NCBI GenBank assembly: GCA_905178155.1
Contig: CAJINV010000004.1
Location: 8,764,882-8,828,881, forward strand
Origin: Amoebophrya sp. A120
Taxonomy: Eukaryota > Protista > Dinoflagellata
DNA length: 64,000 nt
Direction: 5' to 3'
Below are positions 48,790-59,994 of the stretch, in pieces. The notes below the pieces were generated by a model. It did no database searches and was not told the origin of the DNA. It saw nothing but the letters and a program-made list of their open reading frames with translations. Within the stretch, counting starts at the first letter, position 1; every line of letters starts with the position of its first letter. The translations under genes were made by a program, and so were the position numbers.

Positions 48790-50366
48790 GAATCACGACC
48801 ACCACACAGCTCCACCTTGCTGCTGGTTCAGGAGGAGTGGTGAGGAGGTGGAACAATCGCCAGACGGGTCTATCTGGCCGCTGGTGGAGGAGGCAGAATG
48901 ACGATCACCAGACAGCTCTATTTTGCCGCTGGTGAGGAGGCGGAATGACGATCACCAGACAGCTGCTCTGTATTGCCGCTGGTGAGGTTGTGGCGCAATT
49001 ACGATTACCAGACAGCTCTATTTTGCTGCTGGGTCAGGAGGAATAGTGAGGAGGTGGAATCGCCAGACAGCGCTATCTTGCTGCTGGCGGACGATCACCA
49101 GGCAGCCCTATTTGGCCGCTGGTTGATGAAGCAGTCCCGCGGAGATAGAATCACCAGACAGCCCTATTTGGCCGCTGGTTGAAGAAGCAGTCCCGCGGAA
49201 GTAAAATCACCAGACGGCCATGTTTCGCCGCTGGTTGATGAAGCAGTCCCGCGGAGGTAAAATCGCCAGACGGCCATATTTCGCCGCTGGTTGATGAAGC
49301 AGTCCCGCGGAGACAAAATGGCCAGGCAGCTCTTCTTCGCTGCTGGCATATAAGGAGGTAAATCGGAGGTGGAGGAGATAAATCAATCGCCAGACGGCTC
49401 TACATCGCTGCTGGCTGAAGAAGAGACAACTCCGAGGAGGCACAGTAACCAGACGGCTCTATCTCGCTGCTGGCCCGTGCGGAAGTCATCCCGAGGAAGT
49501 ACAACCGCCAGACGGCTCTATCTCGCTGCTGGCCCACGTGGAAGTAATCCCGAGGAAGCACAACCGCCAGACGGCTCTATTTTGCTGCTGGCCCGTGCGG
49601 AAGTCATCCCGAGGAAGCACAACCGCCAGACGGCTCTATCTCGCTGCTGGCCCGTGCGGAAGTCATCCCGGGGAGGCGGAATAACCAGACGGCTATATCT
49701 CGCTGCTGGTTCATGAAGACATAGTTCCGAGGAGGCGCAATAAGAATAAGTAACCAGACGGCTCTATTCGCTGCTGGTTCATGAGGACCTAACTCCGAGG
49801 AGGCGCAATAGCCGGACGGTTCTACTTCGCTGCTTGTTTGTGCGGAAAAATTTGTGAGAAGGCACAATGGCCAGACGGCTCTATCTTGCTGCTGGTTCGT
49901 GCGGAAGTAATCCCGAGAAAGCACAACGATCAGACGGCTCTATCTCGCTGCTGGTCCTGTGGAAGCACAATGCCCAGACGGCTCTATTTAGCTGCTGGGT
50001 CCTGAAGAAGTAGTTCCGAGGCGGCAGATAAATCACCGGACAGCTCTATTTCGCTGCTGGTCGATAACATAAGACGAGGAGACGGAATCACCAGACGGCT
50101 CTATTTCGCTGCTGCGTGAGGAAGTAATTTGTTCGAGTAGGCAGAAGCAGAAGTAAGTACCAGACGGCTCTATTTCGCTGCTGGTCCTGAAGAAGTAGTT
50201 CCGAGGCGGCAGATAAATCACCAGACAGCTCTATTTCGCTGCTGGTCGATAACATAAGACGAGGAGACGGAATCACCAGACGGCTCTATCTCGCTGCTGC
50301 GTGAGGAAGTAATTTGTTCGTCTAGGCAGAAGCAGAAGTACCAGACGGCTCTATTTCGCTGCTGGT
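48790..50366. repeat. Array of ~28 conserved 25-bp cores (ccagacggctctatttcgctgctgg) separated by ~10-45-bp variable purine-rich spacers
   Basis: Core recurs roughly every 55-60 bp. Neighbouring spacers are related, and 49975-50160 is duplicated at 50160-50345. Confidence 0.9.
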
Positions 50367-51071
50367 AGAGGAGAAGCGAAAGGAGACTTCGCGCCAGATT
50401 TTCTTTTGTCCACCGACGCAGCTCATCATGCTTTCGTAGTGCGTGAAGTAGCGCCTTTTTGAACAAGCTGAGTGCCATTTTTAAGCATCATCAGTAACTA
50501 CGAATGCACCAGGGAAATGGTGTTCAACGGTGCAAAAGAAACGGTTTGGGCGTTACTTACGTAAATCTCCGTGTTCCTTCAGATGTGTGTCATTATCTCT
50601 TCGTTAGGGTTAGAAGCCTCAACGTACACATGCCTATACAAGCCGTCCAACTACAGACAGGTGTAAATCGGATCAAATGCGTTAGCAACTATCTCGTCGA
50701 GGGATTTCACCGTTCGGTCAACTGGACTTCTGAATTTAAGTTTCTCTCGGTCGTCGTGCTCGTCTAGTCGTATTTCGGAGAAGGGAAAGCAGCATCATCA
50801 ACATCAACGTAAAGGGGAGCAGTCGCAAAGTGCACAAATCGACGAGCGACCAATGCGCAACATATGGGAACTCGTTCTGTGCGTTTCAATTCGATATCTT
50901 CAAAATAAAAATACTTAGGAGGAAGTTTTTTCTGTCGGAAAACCTGGAATAACTTTCGCAACAAGAAACAGAAGAGCAAACTGAGATCACAATTTTGCTG
51001 TGCCGTCTTCGGGCGAGAATCTGCAATCGCTTATTTGGCCGCTGGAAATAGGAGGTCCACGAAAGGTTCTG

Positions 51072-54000
51072 ATGGAGCAGCCGGGTGCGGGGCACAACGA
51101 ACCAGGTGTCGCTTGCGACAGCAGTGCTCAGCCGGCAGGAGCGAACACGAATTATTCGGTCCAAGACCAGCTGGATCTGATTGCCTTCCCGCAGTTGTTA
51201 CAAGCCCAGCCGCTACTCCCATTAGTACAAGATGTGCACGCGCCGCCAGCGAGTAACCAGAGCATTCCATTCGTGATGAATTCACTGACCACGACGACGC
51301 CCCCGCGCCCCGGCTTGACGCCGGAATCGTGGTTAGACTCGCCACTGCAAGAACACGGACCAGTACTGTCGCCGAGCCTAATTCCCATCGACGCTTCAAC
51401 ACCGTCGACTGGCGGAGGCTCGAAAAAAGACGCCGACGAGCGGGGCTTTTCTCCATTCGAAACGCAGCCCGGCATTCCCTCGCAGGAGAAAGAGCTGGAA
51501 ATCGGGACGAGCAGCGAAGACATGACAACGCACTGTACAACGCCGATGGTGGATGGGCCGTCAAGCAGTGCGCAGCTGGCAGTCGGGGGCTCCGGGAAAC
51601 TGGTTTCCGCAGAGCAGGTATTCGTCGCCGAACAGGTTGATTTGGTGAACCACGACAATCTGGAGGGTTGCAACACCTGGTGTGACAGAACGCCCCCGGC
51701 GAGGAAACGGACCTTCACTGTACGAGTTGAGTTACTGGTGCTTTAGCATGATAGATGATCCAAGAAGTGTAGAACGTAGAAGGAAATGCAGACGATGTTT
51801 AGTAAAGCTAGATATGTCGAACTCGAAATCATAGAACGAAAGCAGTGCTTGGTCAACATGGCAACCATTCCTGCTCACGTGTGCGCGGTAAAGGAGGTCG
51901 TTCCCCGCCCTCCTTGCGCTTTTATTTTCGCTGAATCACGGCACTGCAGGTCCACTCCGGCCCGCGGAAAATAAGCATGCCACTCGTGACCGGAGATCTA
52001 ATAGAGGATGTCGGTGGGGCTGAGGAAATGGTGCAGGAGAAAATGCTCGAGAGCTTGTCGGCGCCCGAACCGGCTTGTAGCGAAGATCGAAGTGTTGCAC
52101 TGGCACCGGAAATTGCGAAAATGCTGGATGAGCAACAAGTACAAACGAGTTTTGATCTTGTGTCTTAGTTATATCATGCCACACCACTGCAGTACCGGAA
52201 ATGGGATCCGAGAGAGTAGTTTTGAAAGACGTAGTTGTACCGGATAAAATATGATTTTCAACTACTCATTCAAAAACTGTAAATACAGCACACCGCTACA
52301 CACTTCACTACGGAGGACTTGTTTAGGGAGATGACCCGCCGGAGCTTGGATGGACGAGTGATTTCGGCAGCCGTAAACTTCTTTGAGAAGTTGACGCGAG
52401 ACTACAACGATAAGCTTTGGGCGGATAAGGTGGCCGCCCACATGCTCATCGCCGGTACAACATTGTTCTATCTTTGATCTTCACTCCAATGGAAAAAAAC
52501 CCTTTCGTGTCAGATGCAAGGAAGTAGACCAAGAAGACGCATATTACTAACTTTGAACTTGTAATGCAAAAAACGAAAATGAAACAGATTTCATTCCAAG
52601 TGCAGAAGCCGAAGGGAATATTAAAGTAACGGTGAAAATGTTTTACAACATGCTCAATTGGATCGAGTCCCACCCGGCTGCAGGGATCGATAAAATTATC
52701 ACTGTGCTCAAGTCGCGCCGCAACTACAAAAACGCCGCAGCTGTGGCGGAGAAAGCGTGGACATCAATGGATCCGACACGGCAAGCGCAAATAGCGGCCA
52801 GGGTTGACACTGCAAAGGCGCTTCAGGTAAATAAATTCTACATTTTTCTGTTGTCGTCTGGTTTTGGAACCATTCAATTCCGTATCAATGATCTGCTTTT
52901 TTCTATGTGTGTGCGTATTACAATTTTGTTTTGCGCGAGAGCTTGCAATTCCACCCTTTCCGAGCCTACTTACACACGATAAAACTGACGTTCCCAGATT
53001 CTGTCGGCGATGGACGGCGACGTGGGCGAGATTTCCGCTGCCGTACGCCGGCTCGACTCGGGGCTCAATGGACTGCACGAGCACCTGGCCGACGTACGCG
53101 ACGAGATTAACAAAAAAGTCGAGGTGGAAGCGCAAGGGCTGCACGAGCATGTGCAAGCCGTCGGCCACGACTTACACCACGAGATCCAAGAACAAGGGGA
53201 TAGTACCCAGCGGGGACTCCAGGCCGTGCAGGATTCGGTGCAGCAGATCGGCGGAGACGTCCAGACTACGCACCAGCTCCTGAACCAAGTTGGCGATAGA
53301 TTGGAGGCGGTGCAGGGGAGTGTTCTTTCCGCGGTGGAGCGGGAATCTTCGGCTCTCCGGAACCAAATCTCGGATGTTGACGACCGCGCGGAAAACAGGC
53401 ACTTGCAGGGTCTGAGTGCGCTGAATGAGACGATCGCATCGGGTCGTGCGTCGGTTGAATCCTCGATCGAAAGCAGCGCAAAGAAGACCAACAAGAAGCT
53501 GGAGCAAGTGACGGAGCAGTTGAGTTTGGTGCTCAGCCACATCAACAGTGACACGCAGAACAGTACTACTGCGACTGCCCCAGCATCGGCTGCTTGCGGC
53601 TCCGAACACGCTTCCTCCGCGAGAGGGACACCAAACAGTTCCGGGTACGGCGGTACAGCACGTACAGGGACACCAAACAGCACGCCCCATACGGCAGCGC
53701 GGCGCGAGCGGTACAAGGGGATGAAGAACAAGGATGCAGTGACTGTAGGTGGTGGCAAGAAAAGCGGGGAGCAACAGTGCGATCACCATCACCGACGAGG
53801 AGGCGGTCATCAGGCGGGAAAGGGCCCACTACGTAACGCAAACCGTGGCGGTAGCGGCACTGGGGATGGTAGTCGCCCCTATGGCCAACAACGAAAGGGG
53901 AATTCCGGTAAGGGCGGTGGTGGACAGGGATTGCTGCCACGAGACTCTAGCGGAAAGACTGGGAAGAGCCCTGAGAAAAGTAGTAGTGCCGGTGCTACGC

Positions 54001-54161
54001 GGAATCCCCCTGTGATTGAAGGAAGTAGTGCACACCACCATCAGCACAAGAGCAGCGGCGCCGCTCCCCGACAGTCGCTGTCCAAAGTCGCGAGCTCGAG
54101 CGGAACCCAGTCGACAGCCGATTCTGACGTCGCACCATCGTCCGCCGTTAGGACCAGCTGA
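51072..54161 (+). CDS. Hypothetical multi-exon protein with coiled-coil and low-complexity C-terminus
   Basis: Long + strand ORFs 51000-51746, 51977-52168, 52632-52827 and 53010-54161 with coding-like composition, separated by AT-rich intron-like segments. Junctions not all resolved. Confidence 0.55.
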
Positions 54162-57100
54162 CGATGTAAACGTGCAGGAGCTTGGTTTCAATTGTGTTGG
54201 GGAGCAACTTGAGTTTGCATTTGAATAGGGATGTACAATAGCAATGAACCACAGGAGTGCGGGTAAACCTTTTGCAAAATGAAGATTCTGTCTTTAACTT
54301 TAACATCTATCTGTTTGGGTTGGACTTGAACTTGAAGAAGATGAAGAACTACTTGTAAGTTCCACACTTGTCACCAGTATCTCTCGTTGTTTGGTGTCAC
54401 CGAACATTCTTGTAGATACTTTGTATGCTGCTGCTGGCGCCAGGGACAGGGAGGATAGAAATGGCCGGCTTGCAGGACTTTTGTTTACAACTTTGCAACG
54501 TGTACTTGCCCCCCTGCTTCAGGGCAATATTTTGTGGTATTTTGTACTTAAATGTATATTTAAGAAAATCGAGCATCTTCGACATTAGCTCGACAAAGCA
54601 ATCCCAACGAAAAAAAACCACCAGTGTAAGATGATTTTTTTGCTAATCCTGCCCGCACAGAAACAGATAGCTGCTGACTTGTGTTTCGTACGCGAAAGAA
54701 TGAATCTACCTGTACGGCGAATAAGTGCAGGCTCTGTGCAAAGCCTTTTCCAGCGATCCGTCTGGCCGCGAAGCTGCGTTCGTTCAACAATCTCCCCGTA
54801 GGCAGCATTGCGCACTGAGAGAGTGGGTGAGAGCGAACAGGGCACTACTTGCCGCCTGGTTTAAGACAAGCTGGAGTGTAATGGTTTTGCGCAAAGCGTA
54901 GTACTTTACTTATAAATATGTAAAGACGTCTACGTCTTCTCAGCAAATAATCATAAATATACATCATCTTCGCATATAGCTGGAGTGAGCGCAAATTTTT
55001 GTGAGGGTGCCAAAAGTGATGAGGCCCAGAGCTCAAAACAACGTGCGCGACTCGGTGTCTTTAGACTATTTTCCGGGCTCTGGAAGTGCCAAGGCCCGCC
55101 CAGAAACGATCAGCGGGCGGCCGGCCCGGTCTCGGGTGTGGCGAGCCTGCCGCCCTGAGCTCGCCGATTAGTGCCGAAATTAAGTACGAATTTTTTGCGT
55201 GGGCAGAGGAGCACCCAACCGGATCGGGCCGCCACTCGCCCCCGGATATGGAGCGCCGCCCCTATTTCGCAAGGCGGCCGGGCGTCGGGAAACGCGGCGG
55301 GCCGCGGATGCACAGTGCGGCCAGGGAGGCGGTCACCCTCCCCGGTCGGAAGTTGGCGCAGTATAGTCGTCCGGGCGAGCGTCGCCCGCGGCCATGGTGG
55401 GGCGCTGCCTCCCGTCTTGCAGCCCCACGGGGTGCCGCCATGTGATCTCCCAAGCGGGCGCCGCCGAATGCCGCCGGTGGCTGGCTGTTTGTCAGCCTGG
55501 CCTCACTGCCTGCCGCGCGAGTTGCCGGTCCCTCCTTGCGTTTCTCTGATTACTTATCAATACGAGTTGTCCCCGTGCCGAAGTAATCATTGCTTCGGGA
55601 ATCATGATTACTATTGCATTAAGGCTATACGTATATGAATTAGATTTATGATGATGAGCGCGAGCAGCTGCTAGAGGTCGGCGCTGGTGTTCATCAGCTA
55701 CGCGCGGAACCGGAGCCGAATGGCAAGACCCACAGAAACCGAAAAGGGGCTCTTGGTTTTTGTTCGAGCGCCGTTCCTTGAGACGGCATAGAGCCGGAGA
55801 GACCGACGTCAGTTAGTTCAGCCGGAGTTGTGGGAATTTACAAATAAAGAAAAAGAATACTAGATCTTTCCGACAATTAGCTTCAGAGCGATGTTCTGAG
55901 GGTCCGGTGCGCACCTGAGGTCGGGCTATGAGGGTTCCAAACGTAACGAAAATGCTGAAGGCGTATCCATGTTATGGTAGTCTGCCTCTGCCGCTGGGCG
56001 ACAGCGTTCGTATTTGTAAACACGAACAGAGCGTCTCAAGTCAAATCTTGCTGGGTGTAAGTGCTTGCCGAGACGTTGAGGAAAAATGGCGACTATTCCC
56101 TCGTGGGCTCGTGTATGAGTGAGGGCAAAGCCGCCCGCTTTTCGGCGTGGTGCTTTCCGTGTTATAAGAATTTTTCCGCATCCGGAAAAAAACCAACGGG
56201 GGCGCGCCTTTCTCGTTTTGCCCCGACGCAAGCTGGAGCCGGTGACGCGGCCCCGAAACCTTCTGCCGAGTTATCCATTGGCACACGCCATTGAAGACGA
56301 GAAGTTTAGTGGCCGCGCGCTGCTTAGCGAGCTGGGGCCTGGGGCCCCCCGTGCCGCTTTCGGGGAGCGAATGCCCGGCGCCGCACTGGCGGGGGCAGCG
56401 AATAAACTGACCCGGCCGGGCGCGTTGTCTCTCGCTCGGGCGGCGCCTGGCGTCCGTCGCGCCCGCCTTCGTCAGCCGGCCTCCGCCGGTTTCGCGCCCG
56501 TGGGTGGCGCAGCAGCAGCAAGCACCAGGCCCCGCACGCGGCCAACGGCTTTAGGGCCGCCAGGAACTCGGCCGCGTGCTATGTTGCAGTCTTGCCCGCG
56601 CAGCCGTTCTGGTGCGCGCGGACCCCTCGCTGCGCCGCTCCGATATGGGCCCCCGGGATTGTTTTCCCTGTGTCTACTGTGTCTGCTGCCCGTGGTGTTT
56701 TCACAGTGCGCCATGTACCACACACGAGCGCGTCATGCGCGCGGGTGCCGAAATCTGTTACTGTTTGTGACCATCGCCTCTCGAATTGGTCCTGAGCGAG
56801 AAGAAGCAGTGAGAGTGCAGATAGGGTCTTATGCGGAATTATATTCCTTTGCTGGTCTCGTGTCAAACTCAATGGCGTGCACGTCGTCATAGCTACCTTT
56901 TCTAGATGGAGCGTGCCTGCTACGAGAGTCGTGCTCTTGCTGTAGCCGTGGTTTAAAGTGGTGAAATCAATGCAACGTTGTCGAACGACTCATCTTACCA
57001 ACGAAGACTTAGAATCGAAAAAGAGTAGCACTAGCGAAGTGCGTGCAAAAAGGGCTGAGAGAGTGGAGCGTAGGGGCATCTTGCGTGCTCATTAGATTTT

Positions 57101-57469
57101 CACTCTAAAACTAGTCTGAGCCTTCTTCCGGGACAGAAGCAAAAATGAGTACTTCAGAGTCGGAGTGCGAGCTTTACACGAAGGGGGGCGAGATAAAAAC
57201 GCTTTGGGATGTACGACGTGAAGGTGCATCATTCCGAAACTCTTGCTCTGAACACCACTGCATGCTTCAGCGCAACGACCTGTGAGACGCGTGTAGTTAC
57301 TTTTCAATGCAGATTTCAGGAAGGGATGTAGCATATGGAACTGAAACCAGGGATCGCTTCGATTCCTTGATGTTGAAAGAAAGACGTGCGCCATGCATAC
57401 CCGCCATGAGCACGCGTTGTTCATCCGAGCAAGAATTTCATTGTTTTGTTTTCCTCTCCATACCATCTA

Positions 57470-59994
57470 CTGCAGAAGCTCCGGCGGTACGGAAATAAAT
57501 GGGAGGAATCGGCCAACGGCCACGAATTGATTGCAAAAGTGAGCCAACCTGTGATCGAAGCGGTCGAGATTTTTTACAACAAGTACGCAGACAGATCCGT
57601 AGCTTTGCGCCGCGCCAATATTGTGGCACAGGAGATGCACTCGCAAGGTACTTGCTTCTAGTTAGCTTCCTCGCTGTTTTCAACGTGTAGTCGTAGTTTC
57701 TTTGTTTCGGCGAATAAATAGAAAGTAAGCACACGAAGTAGAATCAATGAGTGAATTCTTGTACATGGACAACAACATGCAGAAATCAACTTGAATGAAA
57801 ACTGCAATGAAAGCTTTATAAATATCAAAACCTGAATCCATATCCAGGACTCGTCCCCGTGGAGCTGGGCGGCTGCGTCGAGAAGGAGAGCGACTTCATC
57901 ACCCTCTTGAACCAGATGTTCGACCACCCGCGGGCCTTTTGCAAGGAGGGATTTCCGAAGGGCGACATCGTATCGGACGTGAAGGCCGCGAAGACGAAGT
58001 ACAAGCAGAAGAGGGACCTGTCCTACCGGCGGGACTTCGGCGAGAAGTTGGTGCACGTGCTGGGGAGCGAGCAGGGAACCGTCGTGCGAAACACCGCGGA
58101 CGCGGTGATGACGCGGATGCACGTGATGAACGAGGCCGCGCGCGGGGAGCTGCAGAAGTGGTGGTCCGGGGAGCTAAGCCGCCTCAACGCCGACCAGCAG
58201 GGGAAGATCACGTCTTTGTTCAACCAGGCCTTAGCCGACGACACATTCCAACGCCTGATCAACCAAGCCGCTGAGGAATTCGCGGTGTTCTCCCGGGCGG
58301 ACCGCGACCATTTGGAAGGCGTCGTGAAGAATTTGGACTTCAACACGAGCGAGACGTTGCAGGCGCTGAAGAAGCAGTTGAAAAAGTACCAGAGCGAGAT
58401 TGGGACCTCCGCCGAGGCCGTGATTCAAAAAATGTTCATGCAGGTGGTCACGGGGGAGTTGCAGGTATAGGTAACTAAGTGGGCTTCGTACGGTTTGCGA
58501 AGTTCTTTTTGAGAAGTTCTGTCGCACTGCTTCCCGTGATGCAAAGAATGTCATGCATGCAACGTGTTGTTTATGTTTTCGTTCATGTGTTCATTTTGAT
58601 GCGATGCATATGTCTCTGAAAATGAGCAATACCGTCGAAACTGGATCACGTGTTCTCGTCCTCCTCTACTTCGTCCGCCTCTTCTCCGTCGCTGGACGAC
58701 ACTAACGCTCCCGAAAAGCCGAAGACTACGACCTCTACAACCTCTGTCGACCCCAAGCCCGGCGTGATCCTGCGCAGCGGGAGTCAGCGTGTGTTGAACC
58801 CGTCGACGGTAGCTACCAGCAGCTCCTCCTCGAGCGACGTGACTGGGAGCGGGGGGTCAAGTGCGCGTTCTATCCACTGCAAATATGTCGTGCCTGGAAG
58901 ATTCATTCGCAAGACTTGTCATGCATCTCGTGGACCACACTCCTCGTTTGAAGCATCGCAGACTGGGCGGAATCTTCGTGATGTTCTTTATCCCGCATAG
59001 CACATCCGCCTTTTATTGCCTAGTAAGAAGGGGGCAGCTTTTTGGAATGATGCAACACAATTTTTTATGTGGTCGAGACTCCGCATGACAGGCTGCACTT
59101 TTCGAGACCCAGACTTATTTGCAATGCATATGTTCTCAGGGTTCGCAACAGGCAAGTTTCAACGACCAGAAGCGACCACTAGCACCGACCGCTACTGCTG
59201 TGGCGCCCAGCTCGGGACAGTGGTTTTACGCACCGAAAAACGTGCCGACCGTGCCGGATGACAGGAGTTTTACTGCGACCTCCACTTTACCAGCAAGCGG
59301 TGGCGCCGGGAAGGCCGCGGTGACAGGAGCCGCATATTCTGACGTAAGATAAATGATATGGTCGATAATTTTCTGCATGATCGTACACAGAGATCGCAAT
59401 TGAATTGTATATGGAATAGGTCGGTAAAAGTATGCAAAGTCCGAGTTCCTCGTCTAGCAAGCGTCGTTTCACCACCGTCAATGTGGAAAATAAAATAAAC
59501 AACACTTACAGGTCGAGGGGGACGGTTTCATCACCTTTGGTCGCGCATCAAAAGCTGCTTATGGCGGACCGAACTCCATGTTCACCCCGAAAACCAGCTT
59601 TCTGGCGCCGGCACAGCAGCAACAAGTGGTGACGCAACGGGCACCAGGTGGTGGCGTGGGAGCAAACACTCACCCGGATCATGTGAAGATGCTTCCAAAC
59701 AACTCGCAGCAGACCAGCAGAACCTACACAACTTCCGGAACCCTGGCTTCGTCCGCATTCGCTCCTGGTCCTGCGCAACCTCCTTTGTCGAACAATAACG
59801 CCAACCCCCTTCTTCGCGGGAACACGCCGAATTACGCGACGCGTACGCAGCGCCAGACCACTCCGCAGCAGACCTTCTCGTTGTTCCCGAACGCAGCGTC
59901 TAGTGGGAAATCGTCGAAAGCTGCCAATGCTCCGTACGGGGAGCGGAGTATGCCCTCGAAGTCTCTGTTCAGCACGCATCAGCGTTTTGGGTGA
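57470..59994 (+). CDS. Hypothetical multi-exon protein (helical N-terminal part, Ser/Thr/Pro-rich tail)
   Basis: Strongly coding exon 57849-58464; TIR intron at 58871; GT-AG intron 59344-59511 gives YSD-VEGDGF in frame to the stop at 59994. Start not resolved. Confidence 0.6.
58871..59130. mobile_element. Introner family A (diverged)
   Basis: tatccactgcaaatatgtc...agacttatttgcaatgcata; direct repeat cgttc/tgttc. Removal gives SARS-QGSQQASF. Confidence 0.88.

Noticed and set aside
48790-50366. CRISPR array
   Set aside because: Spacers are related to each other and block-duplicated, repeats are degenerate, there are no cas genes, and the context is eukaryotic.
54850-56900. GC-rich ORFs as genes or a transposase
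   Set aside because: Arg/Ala/Pro-rich in all frames, with no catalytic motifs; looks like degenerate repeat DNA. The same applies to 60700-61750.
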